Below are positions 41,625-56,600 of a stretch of DNA of 64,000 nucleotides, piece by piece (within the stretch, counting starts at the first letter, position 1; every line of letters begins with the position of its first letter). The DNA is taken from positions 22,878,001 to 22,942,000 of the forward strand of contig CM022665.1 of the NCBI GenBank assembly GCA_012295275.1, in the 5' to 3' direction. The notes beneath the pieces were generated by a model. It was not told the DNA's origin. It worked only from the letters and a program-made list of their open reading frames with translations, and did not search any database. This DNA comes from Chrysomallon squamiferum. Its lineage: Eukaryota > Animalia > Mollusca. The translations under genes and the position numbers were made by a program.

Positions 41625-44600
41625 TCTAAAATTACTTCTGGTTTATCGAATTAGCAATTAAGTACTTTCGATTGGTAGATGAAAAGAATACAAACAATTC
41701 AAATTATTTGAAACATTTAACCTCGTGCTGTGCGTCTTATCTCTGTACCCCAGACAGCGCCGCGTAGTCGTTTTAGATTTAATAATTATATCTGTCAGAC
41801 ATTTCCTTAAGTTTATTTTTGTCGGCTTAACTCTAGGTGGTAGATTTTTATTTATAATCTACATCAGAAACATAATAGCTTTCTTTCATTCCCACATAAT
41901 GTTATTTTTTTACCCCGTAAATCCATTCTTTCTGGTCTTTATCAGTACGTTTCTTTTCTTTCTTTGGATGTTTTTGTTATGACCTGCCCCTTTATTCTTC
42001 TTCATTTTTTCCAACAGCACATTTATTTATTATTGTTATCTTGTTCCATTTTTCCTGTTTTTCTTTGTTTTGTTTTTTTTCTTCTAAATTTTTACTTCAC
42101 TTTTGACTTTTTGATCTTGCTTTTTTTTTTTTTTTCATTCTTTCTTTATATATAGTTATTTCCATTCGCCTCTTGTTATGTAATACACATTTCTTTCCAA
42201 CTGTTCCCTTTTTTCTCTCTTCTCTTTCGTTTGTTTCATTCATTTATGTTTTTAATAATTTTCTAATAAACTGCTTATCTTTTTCTTTTTGACGTTTTGA
42301 TTATTTTTGATACATTTTCCTGTAACCTTTACTCTTTTTTTTTATAATTTAACTTCGTTCCAAACTTAAACAATTAAGTGTATCAAATCTATTTACAGAT
42401 ATTTAGTCTGACATTGTAATTATTTTCCAGTAAAATCGTATAAACATCTCTTTCTGTTCATGATGTACTCATCTGTTATCGGAACGCCGAGCGCTGCCAA
42501 AAGCATTTTCAAATTTGACATTTATTAAAGTTTTCTCGGCAGGTGGCGCTGTGTATATTTTTGCCTCGCACCTGATTCTACTTCTAGCCCAGTGGGGTAT
42601 CTGGAAATGTAATAAGAAAACTTTTCTTATTCACTAACAAGGTTTGTTGTGCATCAAAGAACGCCATGGTAACCAGATCATTCTCTGCCGCTGAAAATGC
42701 CGTGATGTTAATGTGAGTTAACTAATTAAGTCAGTATTTCTCAATTAGCCGAGTCCTTTTGATCTATAGAAATGAATTTATGATCATCGATTTTCCTCCT
42801 TCTTGGTAAAATGGTACAAAGTCAGTGGACTCAGTATATCAATGGTTTCTGTCACGCAGAAAGAAAACCACACCAAAGTCACCCTTTATTAGTAACTAGA
42901 TTACAACTGTTACGTTGCATTTATAACGTGGCTGTGGACGTTTGTAAATGATTCACATTAACCACGGAATAGCTGGGTGAATCATATATTGAATTATTAC
43001 TGATGGGAATCGATCTTACGAACTCTCATTCCCCAAGAGGCTGTTCTGTCACAAAATTGCGTTATATCGCGATATGAATGGAAACGACCCGGCAACAAGT
43101 CAGTAATGATCAGAATTAGTTTATGGCACCTGGCAGACGTGATGTCGATCCTTCGAATTAGAAATACATTTTGTCGCATTTTATTCTATTTGTGTGATTT
43201 TCATGCTACTTTGGTAGAGAGAACGTAACCGAGTGAAATCAATGACAGAGATGACGTTGTTTTGTTGTGATGCACGTGCAGAAAGTGCAGATTACTTAAT
43301 TACAGAGCATACTGTTTGAACCAAAAACTCCATTGTGAAGGTGTGGGCCATCATTATTAATTAAAAATTAGTAAACAAAGCTTTGACTGTTTGGGTGTAA
43401 ATGTGTTTAAACGAAAAATGACTCACAACCCCATTTCGTAACTGAATCGTAAAACATTTAACGACAAATGAAACAGTGATGTTGAAATGATGTAGTAAAA
43501 TAAATGACATACTAATCAAAGGTGAACTGCTACACTGGATAGAAAATAAAGATATAGAGATTATTAACATAAGGTGTAGAAAAATGGAAGAGAAAAGGAA
43601 ACTGATAATTATTTGAAGAAACTCTTGGTTATAACTCTGAAGTGGGTAACTTTATGACAGTAGTCTTTCTGTTTAGATGTTCTCATAGTACGGTACTGTA
43701 CTGTAATTTCGCATTGTGAGAACGACATTTCATAAAATAATAATAATAAAAATAATAATGATGATGATGATGATGATAATAATAACAGTAATAGCAACAA
43801 CAAATAAATAAATAAAATAACTCGTTCGTATGGAGTTCAAAGGTGTACTTAAAAATTCAAAGAATAGGAACAGTCTAAATGAATAGGAAAAACATAAAAG
43901 CATAAAAGCATTTTTAACTAAAGTACTTATTAAATCGGTACATGCCGCTTTGTAAAAGAAGATATGTCTGTTGTTATAAGAAATAGTAGTAAACATTTCC
44001 ATAATTAAAGAACTGCGGGACGAGACGCTGAAAGAAACCCTGCGCATGATTATTACATTCAAAGAACGCTAGATTAACCAGCATTCCCTGAATACCTAAA
44101 TTAACATCACTAAAAGAAAAATATACGTAAGCTTTAAATTTTTATCTTTATTTCATGGCTGTGATGACATGTTCAGATATAATGCTATGGTTCACTGAAG
44201 TTATAAGGAAGACAGGAAATGATGTATAGGAGCAGAACTGATGTTTGCGCATCCCTGTATCTGCAGGAGATCAACGTAATGCACGCTAACCAGCTAATAA
44301 CTGCACAATTGCAAATGGTTAGATCACATTACACGGCTGGAAAACTGTTATGCGAAAACTGCTCAGATGGTTAATGTTCTGAAAACAATGAATTCATTTT
44401 GAAATGCATTGGGGATTTAATTTTTTTTTGTTTTGTTTCAATCTAATTTTATTTTATTTTGTGCATTTGCTTGCTTTTGATGGATTGTTTGGTTATTTTC
44501 AGGACCTTACAGTGTTTTTCAGGACTATGCACGTACATGCGTATGTATATGTGTAAATATGTTCTGTGTTTGCAAAATAAATACATCATTTATTGTTATT

Positions 44601-47600
44601 CTAACTCGCTGTGCTGAAAACAATGATTATAATTTTCATATTCCTGCAACTACAGAAATATGGAAAAAAATAATATAGAAAATATTAAATGCAAAAAAGA
44701 ATCTTATATAAGATTGCTTTTTTTCATTATTTTTAATCAAATTTACATCAAAAGGCATGACTCGGATAAAAAGAACAGTAATCAAATGAAAATTTAATTT
44801 GTCTCTTTCAGAATTTCTCTTTTCAGATAAAAATGTACAAAGAATTTCTCGGAACCTGTCTCTGGATATTAGTTGTTATGATGAGTGCACGTTCTGCGAC
44901 AAACAGCTTAATTGACAGTGTCCAAAATACTCGTCGATTAATTGGCAATTCTGGTAATTATTGTATTTTGATCATACAGCTCGTTGGGCAAAGCAGTGCA
45001 AAGTTCAGCATTAGAGTGACAACTGGCAGTTCGAATTAGAAGAACTTCCTTTTGCCACCGACACGTCTGCGAGCAGATTCTGAAGATCAGAAGGGAATCA
45101 TTTGGGAATCCTTACAAAACCAGTGACCAATACAAGACAGAATAAAACGCTCTTCGTGACTGCCAGCTGATGTGCATCACACTGGTGTGCAATCCGACGC
45201 CGTCTCAGCTGGAAAAAGTTGGCGATGAGGTCACCGGAAGACTATACGCGTAGGAATTCATTAGAACTATTCGCTGACCGCTGACCAGATCAGACAGCGA
45301 CGTCACACGATATGAGATGGCGGTCAGTCTGGAAGCACGACAACCACTTTAATCTGATGAAGACAAAAGAACAAAGTCGTCGAATTTCTTAAGATGAGAG
45401 GTTTCTTGGAAAACTTGAAATTAGTCATCATGGTTAGTTTGTGTCATCGCCAATTCATCCACTGCATACGTTAAATTGCCAATAACTGACAGAAAGACAA
45501 ACAAAATGTTACAGAGGAGCAGACAAAATAAATGTAAATATATTTGTTATTATGGTTTATCAGCTGATTTTTATTTAATATTGAATACAGTAAGCAAATA
45601 TTCAGGAAATAAAAAGGAAAAAAAGAAAAACAAAAAAAGACTTGAAATAAAAATTAAAAAATTGAAAACTGTTTTGAAATGAAACAAATACTGCTAAACT
45701 TCCAAATAATATCATTGGTTATTTCAGTAAACCAAAAGGAATGTCTCTAGTATTAGAAAAGATGAAGAAAGTCAAAACTAAATCAGTACCGCATCAAACC
45801 AAATTATTAAATTAAAAAAAAGTTAATACGACATTACGTAAGGATTCAACAAATCCTATAAAAACTTTATAATGAATATCTATTTTAAGTTTTTCTTAAA
45901 TATATGTAGTTAGCTCTATTATTGTCTTGGTGGAAGAAGAAAAAAAATCTTTATAACTCTTCAAAGCTTAGGTTTCTAATACAAACTGCCACCATCAAAA
46001 GCTTTCTATTTTTCTGCTTCAGATGTCTTTCCCCTCAGAACTTTCTAATTACTGATAATCTCAAGTCGTATCATTGATTTTTTTCCTTCTTGGGAGATAA
46101 CTAAGGTGAACTTAATCAGTACTCTCGTTAAAACAAGACGAAACGAGGGCTATAATCTACTGGCGGATAATAAGGGGTCTCTAATATCCACGCTTTTCAT
46201 CATTGATTCTTTGCTTTGACACGGTAGAGGCGCAGCCATTTTCTTCAGACCATCTCCAGTCTTGATTACACGAATGCGTGTGACTTGTATTTTGATCTAT
46301 CGTTGTTAATAATGGACATCTAACATAAAATGTAATTTACCACGGACTTGAAGGTATGGTTGAGCAGCGAAACACATTCTGACGTTGTCGTCTCGTGGAA
46401 TTGGGTATCTATTCCAGACGAAAAGTCGTAGTTTTGCTGAGATGAGTGCACTTAGTGGTAGATCTGACAACAGTTGCACAGACTATGCAAATGTAATACG
46501 AGAGTGAACGAAATGTCTGGTATTGGTAATGCGACAAGGAAACAAAGCTTAATTAAGCGATGTGAAAACGTTTCAGGAAACACGATAATGTGACAGGAAA
46601 ATGAGAATTATGTCATTCTCATGGTGTGTTCTGTCCATGTAATTAGTATTACGAGGACAAATGCGTCGAATTTATTACGCCGTTCTTTGAACTAACTGCA
46701 GATGCTTTCAGTCATAATTCATTTAAGCTACATTTCTTGAAAATACTGATTATGAGTAAATGATATCGTTTAACAAAGTTAGCGCAAAACTAACTAGAGA
46801 TAAAATGTAATTTAATGTAATAAGATAGCAGATAACCCTTTACATATCCAGAATAACTAGCTAAAAGTAAGAAAGATAACAATACGAAATCCCTTGAAAA
46901 GTGATACTGTTAAATATTTAATTAGATATACAGTTTATAACTTTAAGTAATTACTGACAGTAGATGTTTATTTTGTTAAATTTAAATTAATACAATAATA
47001 AGATTGGCTCTTTTATTGCATAGCTGAGGATAACAAATATTATTTTATATTTTAACCTAAGAATCATAACGAATACTATTATGTACCACTCAAAGGTCAG
47101 TGGTTTAATTAATGTTTCAATTGAATTTAATTATACAGTTAAAGATGTATATATATTTCGTGGGGAAAAATATACAGAGAGATCGGAGCAGTCTTGTGCG
47201 GATATGAGAGTACATTTTAAGAAATCTTTTTTATGTACAACAATATGACATAGGCCTATAACCTGAACACATTTTACGACTGTCCATGATTACAAGACTG
47301 CTTCATCAATTTGTCCGTTTTGTTAAACACAAGAAAGGATGTCTTAATGATATGGCATCTGGATTACATAACTGCAGAATCATCTGGCAATTAGACAACC
47401 CTCTGTAATAATACAAGCTTGTTAACAGACAGTATCGTGGCATAACGATGTAATTAAACGACGCATGGTATTATAAGATCTGATCTAAGCACAGGCTACT
47501 TGCTCATTTATTTAAATTATCTGCAGGTGTTGCATAACTGGTTTAAGAATAAGATGCAAATCGCATTTAATTAATTCGAAACATTTGTTTATAGTTAAAC

Positions 47601-48269
47601 TGTCATCACTGTATAGTTATATTTGATATAACAATAATCCTTCATGAACATGATCATCATCATTACCAGGAGATTCATCTATTACTATCGTCATGAACAT
47701 AATTATGACCGTCGTGATCTTTATCAACATCATCATCATCATCATCATTACTATCATCAACATCACCATCGCCATTATTTATTTTATTTTATTTTTATTC
47801 TACATGCATGGTGTTTATTTTTAACATGCTTTTTATTTCTCTATATTCTTTCATATTTCACTGATAATATACATGCATTAACATACTGGGATGTCGCATG
47901 TTTGTCTATGTCGATTGCTTCTTTTCATACAATTCCAAGCCTTTTTTTTTTTTTTTTTTTTTCTTCTTTTTTTCTTGATGACATTTTGTTCTTTGAAAAG
48001 AGATGAAATAAATGATTGAATACATCATTCATAATCATTTGACTTATTACACAGCATGTCCCATCATGTCGACATAAGAGAGATAGAGAAGTAATCAATT
48101 ACGAACTAATTACACAAGTTAAATATTTCATGTGACAACTAGAGCGCTCATAGTCTGTCGGTAATGAACTTCCTGAATCAGGCAATGCGGCAGTTAGTTA
48201 TGTTTTAGATATGCTTTTTTAAATTACTACTTTTTTCTTTTTTTTTTCTTTTTTTTTTAACCGAAGACA

Positions 48270-48272
48270 CAT

Positions 48273-48317
<45 letters not shown>

Positions 48318-48550
48318 TAATAATAATAATAATAACAACAACAACAACAATAATAACAACAACAACAATAACAAAAAGAACAATAAAAACAACGGACAAC
48401 AGTAACAGTATATATTATTGTAATCATTATCATCATCATCATCATTATTATTAGATTATTATTATATTACTATTGTTATTGTTTTTATTACTATTATTGT
48501 TATTATTATTGTTGTGATATTATTATTATTATTTTTTTATTATTATTATC
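48270..48550. repeat. (AAT/AAC)n tract followed by (ATT/GTT)n tract
   Basis: Direct inspection; the two halves are in opposite orientation. Confidence 0.9.
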
Positions 48551-48852
48551 GTTGGCTTAAAATCTAATATTAAGCCTACATTAGTTATGCTAGTCTAATT
48601 TGGTTTCAGATATAATAAAACATTCTCTAATTTTCTGGAGATAGATAACTGGATCTGTTTTAGATACCCTGAGGTCCTTTATAGCAGTGATTCTTAAATT
48701 ATTACACTGACATTCTCGATTTTTTATTACAAAACAATTTTCATTCACCTACAATTAAATTTCCTATTCTTTTTAATAATTTTCGTCTTGATTTCCCTCG
48801 TTTCATTCACACCAAAATAATTCTGATTCTTCCTTAGAATATTTCACAGTAT

Positions 48853-48895
<43 letters not shown>

Positions 48896-50348
48896 ACAGT
48901 GGATTATCAAACATCTATTCTATTATTTATACCTTTGAGCGTATTACGTCAGAGCACTGGCTGACTGATGATAAAGATAAATTATCGATGCATCACTAAC
49001 ATGGTGCGTCTGGATGGACCTAACCTTTACCGCCAGCATGGAGATACGAACGCAGAACCTAAGAGTTAGAAATGTGCTGCAGAGGCAGTTTATGTTATTT
49101 TAGGCGCCACTGTGTCCAGCAACGCTGTTAAATTTAGATAGAGCATCCGCGAGTTCACAGCAGACACAATATCGTTACTTAGCAAATTCAATTAAACGGC
49201 GATTTATTCTGGTACGAACATTGTTGGGTAACAACTGAAACCGAAGTTGACAGATAAACTAACTCGACTTCATCCTTCATTAGTGAGTCGATCCAATAAA
49301 GACCAGAACTCTGTTTAACCCGTGGAAGCGGGTCGCAAATTGACGCGTCAATCTAATAAAAAGGCAATGGCCGCTTCCTAAACCTATCCTAACTTCGCGG
49401 CTTGCACAGATTCGCTCTTGCTTTTGTTAAATTAGTGAACATACTGATTCGGTTAAAGTTAATACACGGCTAAGATTAGATCTCGTTAGTGCCAAGTGAG
49501 GTTAAAAAAAGAAGTAGATGTATTGTTGTACGCTGACATGCGCTGCGGTCTTTCTGATTCACTGGAAGAGGCGACTTTTTTTTTTATTTCTAAATTCTAG
49601 AATAAATATATAAAACTGCTCCTGTTTGTATTTTTAGCTGCTGGTGCTGAAGCAGGGATTAGGTCAGGTTATAAACAGTTTACAGTTTTTCTTCTTTACT
49701 TTTTAACGCTTTCTTTCTGATTTGAAGAAAGTCTGTTTAATAATTCTGTTTCTTTCTTTTTTCCTTATTTTTTTTATGTTCCTTCCATTTTTTCCTTTCT
49801 TTCGTTTAATCTCTTTCTTTTTTTCCTTAACTATTATTTTATTATATTTAGCTTTATAATGTGCGTATGTATGTATGTATGTATGTATGTATGTGAGTGT
49901 GTGTCAGTGTGTATGTGTGTATGTGTATTTGTATCACTTTAAAAAACATCATCTATCCCTATGACAAACAAATATATTTTTATTAAGTTCAGTATTTGCT
50001 TATCTCTAAAAGTATTAATATTTTCTGAAACCAGAAAATTCGTTAGTTAATATACTATATTATTTTATAATTACCGGTTAATGGAACCCTTTCAAGTTTA
50101 TTAATTTTGATTCTGTTCGAATATCTGTAAATGTGTCTTTTAACGTGTTTTCCTAATGTCATACATTAGTATTCGTGTAACATAATTGCAAAATTACCTA
50201 AGTAATTTACGTACAGTTCCTAATATCTGAAATTAATGTGCTTATCAAACTGAAGAAGCTTTTTGTACATTATTAAGTAAATATTTTGCAGTGAACATTA
50301 GTATAATTAACTAGTATATAACAGCAACACAGAAGATTAAAATTACTC

Positions 50349-50512
<164 letters not shown>

Positions 50513-51474
50513 TAGATATGTGCCTGCATGCTTTAGGTCTCAAATGAGCCAAAAGATGCAATGATTAAAATAAATCCATTATAAATAAGGCTGCTAATAA
50601 TAAATGAACATTTTGGTCACTAGGGTCGTATCTTGTTACACACTCCAAGGAACAGATATAAAGATAACAGTCGTAATTTTTATCAAGGAATCAGAACTCT
50701 GTTAAAGGAAAATTATTTAATCATGAATGTAGTCATACGTACAGTTTGAATAATACATCATTAGTTGATATTAACCTGACAGTCTTTAATAGTAAAATTC
50801 TTTGTTATATAAGCTACATAGAAACTAAGACTACAGTGTTTCATGTAATATTATGCATTAAAAATTTAGTAGCGCAGTAAAGATAAACATCACGTAGTTA
50901 CGTCTCTTATCATCAGGTTGATCAAATCAAATACAAAGACTGAGTTATTTTTATGAACCTTGCACTGAGAAAACGTTTTCGGTACATTTAATGGAAATGT
51001 TCACATTGTTTAACAGCGGCAGCGAGTTTCCTGTATTTTATCGTCATTATATGAAATATATATATTTAATGTCTGTTAACCATTAATAATAAAATATGCT
51101 GTCAACTCGTTAAGCAAAAATCCATTAATTCATTTCAGCTATTTATTTATTTATTTATTTATTATTATTATTATTTCTAATTTTTTAAAAACATTTTTAA
51201 ATTTATTTATTTTACTGACAGGCGGGTGAAAGGAAACGTGTTGAAAAATACAAACAGAAAATTTAAAAAGCGATTCAGCTTGCCAGGTTGAATATTAGTT
51301 ATTAAGAGTGAGACGATCAAAAATTAAAAAGTACAAAAGTGCTGTTTCAAATTTGCCTTTCAGGATCCGTTTTCTTTTTAATTATATATATATATAATTA
51401 TATCTGTGTGTGTGCGTGTGTGTTACTAAGATTAGTAACTGTTTACTACAACTTCTATTAGAACCACCCCTTAC

Positions 51475-51775
51475 TCATCAACAACAACAATAACAACAAC
51501 AAGAAGAACAACTACTACTTCTTCTACTACTACTACTACAACTACTACTACTACTACTACTGCTTCTGCTACTGCTACAATAACTACTATAACTACTACT
51601 AATATTACTGCTACTGCTCACGTATCCATCACCACTACTATTATTATTACAACTGCTACCAACACGACTACTATTGCCAATACTTCTATTACCATAGCTG
51701 CTACAATTGCTCCAATTGCTACAACACTACTATTCTTACAACAACAACAACAACAACAACAATAAATTACTACAG
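51475..51775. repeat. Degenerate (ACT/AAC)n trinucleotide repeat
   Basis: Direct inspection. Confidence 0.9.
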
Positions 51776-53454
51776 TTAAACTGTTCTGTCAGTGAACCAC
51801 CCCCGACTAATTTATCTAAATATTTAAATGTCAGAACCGTAGTACATTAAATATTATCTTACATCTTAACATACACATCTCCGCTTAAAAAGTAATTAAA
51901 TTCCTTAGTCTGAGCATACCTCGTGATTTACACACCAGAGTGCTAATCTTTCACTTGGTTCCATGCGGAAGGTCACTTTTGATGCAAGCGTTTTAAAGGC
52001 TCTTTTCATACCTTGCTGAAATATTTACAAGCTTTCAAAAATAAACATCTTATTTCATGTTGTTATCGCTCGCCCTGTTCATTCCACTGGTGTCATTGCC
52101 TTTAAGCGTATCGGTAGTAAATTGCTTTAGCAGAAAATCGATTATAAGCAATGCATGCTAAATTTTAGAAGACAAAAAAATAACTTTAAAAAAAAAAGAA
52201 GGAAAAACAAAAAGAAAAACGAAAAGAGAGAGCGAAAAAAGTTATAAAAGAAAAAAAAAAGAAAGACAAAAAAAACTGAAAGAAAAAAGAAACAAACCAA
52301 CATAAATAAACTTAAAAATATAGTAAAACACATAAAAGATAGTAATAATAATGATGATATGACGACGACATCAGCAATAGCAGCACTGATGATGATGATA
52401 TATAAATGAATGAAAATGTAAATGTATTTTTGTTAACGTTCTCGTTTAGCAATGTTAGGGGCTATTACCGACCATGCATGTGGTTTTTGCGTACTGATGA
52501 AATTAGAAACCAAAACGATGGATCAACAACAGGAGAAACAACATTACCAGAGCAATTTACGACTATTGATAAATCCACTAATATTTCACACAACATTTAA
52601 CGTCTAACAGTTCTTTATCAAACTTCTCCCAGAAAGATAATCTGACGCAAACATCTTTCTGTGTACGCAATGCGATATTCACTTTAAACGTAGGAGTAGT
52701 AAAACATGTTTTGATTTTTACCTTTTTGCCTACAGTGTGTTTGACTGCCAACATCCATACATCCAAAACAGTTGTTCTGTCAGTCACCCCACACTACCGT
52801 GGAATTTTTCTCGGGCCTGTTTCTGCACCTGTGTACCTCTATCTCACCGTTACTGCCAATTCTCCTTTCTGAGATTCTACTCTTTGTTTTTGGAAGTTTT
52901 GTCAGACAGACAGAAGACAACATATTTTAATAGATATTTTCATGTTCGTTGGGTACCAAATCGCAAAATAGAGATCTTTGGGAAAAATATTCTGCACAGG
53001 TGGGAGCGTAGATTCAGTGCCAAGGGAAACACAAATGAAATTAAAAGAAAATGTTCCTGTGGATTTTTTTTTCCTTTTTTTTTTTTTTTTTTTTTGTGTA
53101 GGGTGTTTTTTAGTACTAATTATAAAACAATTAAAGGATGAAAAAGATGAAGCAAAATAAAATAATTATGTAAAAGAATACGAAGTATAAAAAGAAGATA
53201 ATTATGATGACGAAAAAGAAGATGAAGAAAAAAGATAGAACAAAGAGAAAAAGAAGAAGAAACATTTAAATAAAGAACCATGCAGATAACGAGAACAGTT
53301 TTAATAACCATAACTTTATTTCTTTTTAAATGACTGATTTTTTTTGTGTGTTGTTTTTGTTCTTTATGCTTATTAAAATTATTACTCTACATTCTTAAAA
53401 TTGAAAAAAAAAAAAAAAACAGAAGAAAGAAAAAACGAATTAACAGGACAGGAA

Positions 53455-53480
53455 ACAAACAAACAAACAAACAAACAAAA

Positions 53481-53518
<38 letters not shown>

Positions 53519-53635
53519 TCATAATAATAATAATAATAATAATGAGAAGAAGAAGAAGAAAAAGAAGAAGAAAAAGAAGAAGCAGAAGAAGAAGAAGAAT
53601 AAATGAATTTAAAAAAAGAGAGAGAGAGAAGAAAT
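53455..53635. repeat. Compound (AAAC)n, (AAT)n, (AAG)n repeat
   Basis: Direct inspection. Confidence 0.9.
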
Positions 53636-56600
53636 AACGTTTTCACTCTGTTCAAGATGACACAGGGAGTCTGACAGTTGTAATCTAGTCTGCTGGAAGA
53701 GTTATATGCGGGGAGGTAACTCGAGAAATTCGTCTAGCTTGTTACGTCGCAGGCCATTGCACGCGATTAACAACAAAGCGTTTGGTATGCGAGGTAATGG
53801 GCGGAACATATTTTTGCCACTTTAGCTGTTTACCTTGTCACAACAAATGCATTATGGATGCTGCTGCTTCTTTTTTGCAGCTTTCGGCTCACTGATGAGA
53901 GATTTAGCTTGTTTCCGCGAGATTTCCAGCAGTTTGAAGATCGTCATGCTTGCGGGTCTGTCTTCTGTTCCAGACAAAACACACACATTTATAATTAATG
54001 GACCACTCTGCTGGTTTTGTAGATGCTCAAAACTAAAATCAGTAAAAGCCGATATTATTATGTTTCGGAGCAATGCAGAGATTATCGTTCTTGTCATTAT
54101 AAAATGTAATAGAGACAACGTTCATGTTTAAATGAATCCCGTGTTCAAGGAAGGGAAACAGTATCTAAAAACAATATTTAATCATCTCTTGCTAAATATG
54201 ATTATGGTGCTTCTTGAAACCTTTCTGCAACTAATCCAAAGGCTACAAATAATAAGTGAAAATTACAAATTAGCAGGAACTCTTGCTTGAGAATGAATAT
54301 AAAGAATATTTCGCAAACCACATTTATAAAGACAAAATTGTATGGGATTATAAATTCATGTTCATAGCACAGAAAAGTAAATACATACATGTAGCAATAG
54401 ACTGCGAACTAAAATTTTGAAAATTTTAATATTATAATAATTTTAAATATAAGGGTAGCCTCGTCTACTCGCTTTTGTACATCAGTATCTTATTTGTCTT
54501 TTTTTTTTTTTTTCTGTTCATTACATGCTCTTCAGACACACGGTGTTATCTGAGGTAACCAGTACTTGATTTTATAATTATTCTCTTGTTGACAGTTAAT
54601 TTCACACTGTGATAAATGTGACAGAGCTAGCTGTTTTTCATACTTTCTTATAAGCACAGTCTCGATTGCACATTCGAACCTGTTTTTATTCAGCCTACGA
54701 GTGTTCTATTTATTTTTTTGTAATGGAATTAATTTCGCCTCAACAGAAAATTGCATTTAAACAAGGATGGTGCGGCTTATTTTCTTACACTGTAGATTCG
54801 CACCTATTTCTTTAGATTTAAAACAGTTTTCCTTTTTTTAATTTTATTTATTTTTTTTTTTTTTTCATTTCGTCAAAATAAAGTGTATTGTTTTAAAATC
54901 TAAAGATAATAAATTTTAGCCTAATATTTGTGGATTTATATAATTATTTATAATTATTATAATATTTTTTATAACAATCTCGAAGAAATGGGATTAAATA
55001 CATAAGAAAATAAAAATGAGTGTGTAATTAGTCACTAAGAATTTTATAATCGCGAGCTCAGATCTTTGTTCGACATCACAGGTTTTGTTTTCTTTCATTA
55101 TATTTCCCATCCTTTCTTAAAATAACAAAACCAACCCTTTATAATATTTTTTTTTTTTTTTATTAATAAACCTTCATGAAAATAGTTCAAACGCTCTATT
55201 AACTCCTTCTGCTGTTTTCTTGTGTATAAGATTTTTGCTTTCAGTTGCGATAAAGCTGTTAAAAGTAAAAATATTGTGTTTTGACTATGTTAAAACATAT
55301 TCGTAAACAAAATCACAGTTAATGGTTTGTTTGGAGCTGGCACACCTGTTCTCTGAAAATAATCCTCTATGACAGCAGTTCAGCGTAGCAGAAAGCTTGA
55401 AGTGGAGTAACGCAACATTGGACTGAATGGACTGTACTTATTATTTCTTGTATTAATGACCCGTTATAGCCGAGTGCAATCAAATTATATTCATATCCAA
55501 GTCAGAACATCATCCTATAATCCCTTCATTTCCAAACAAGAGAGTAAATACATTGTGTTGATATTTAGATATATCTATGTGTAATACTGCCAAACATTCA
55601 GTATCTTACACTGACAATGTTAACACATATAGAACCAAACGTCTTACTTACATGTCAAAATACTTACTTTTTTTTTGTTTTTTATTATATATATATTTTT
55701 TTTATTAACATATACAAAATTTGATGAAATAATTATGTTCTATGAGTATAGTGTTTGTAAATGTGTATTTTTTTGTGCGTATGTTTCTGTGGAAAACACA
55801 TCGACAAATTTACAATCAAAAGAATATCATTTTTGTTCAGCGGCTTTGCTACGTGAACACCATAAACAAACAACTTTCCCCAATACCTACCGCGGTGTGT
55901 TGTTTATATAACCAATAGGTTAGGTTAAAATATTTTAGTCACGGGCAAGAAGCAATGTATACCTGTGTGAAATACTAAACTAAAATAGGCAATATATTGG
56001 CGATGAAAACCTAACCGAGTTATTTATGTGAATATTGTGTAGATTAAACACACGCTGGAAATACTGATACTGATTTACGTTAGCGCTTAGTACACCATGA
56101 GAAAAACACCTGCATTTTGGTAATAAAAGGGAAAACTGATTGCTCTGTCAGTCTCGAACCTACAGAACACGGAGATGACTAAATTTTGTTTAGATTCCAA
56201 ACTAATGTGTTCCAAATTGTTCGTGATTATTTATATTTCCATTTCGAGAGTTTGGTATTTGCCCAGTCATTTAGAGGTCAGACAAATAGAATTTTACATT
56301 TTATTCAGATGAGCTTGGAACATTTTCCCAGTCGAAGAATTTCCCACTCTGAGTTGAACTTTAAAATAATATATCTGCAGTGAAGGTAATCAGCGTTTGT
56401 TCAAAATACCCAGAGCAGCAGCTGTTGCCTAAGTGTGAAATTAAACCACTTTTTGCACGACTATAGCGTTCCGCTCGCGTGAGTTCTGCGAATAGTGGCT
56501 AAATGGTGTTAATGATAATGCAAATTACTTGCATAGCTCTTTCGATAAGATTGGAACTAATGGGAAAACAATCCATGGATGTATTGGCTCAAAGTCCTCT

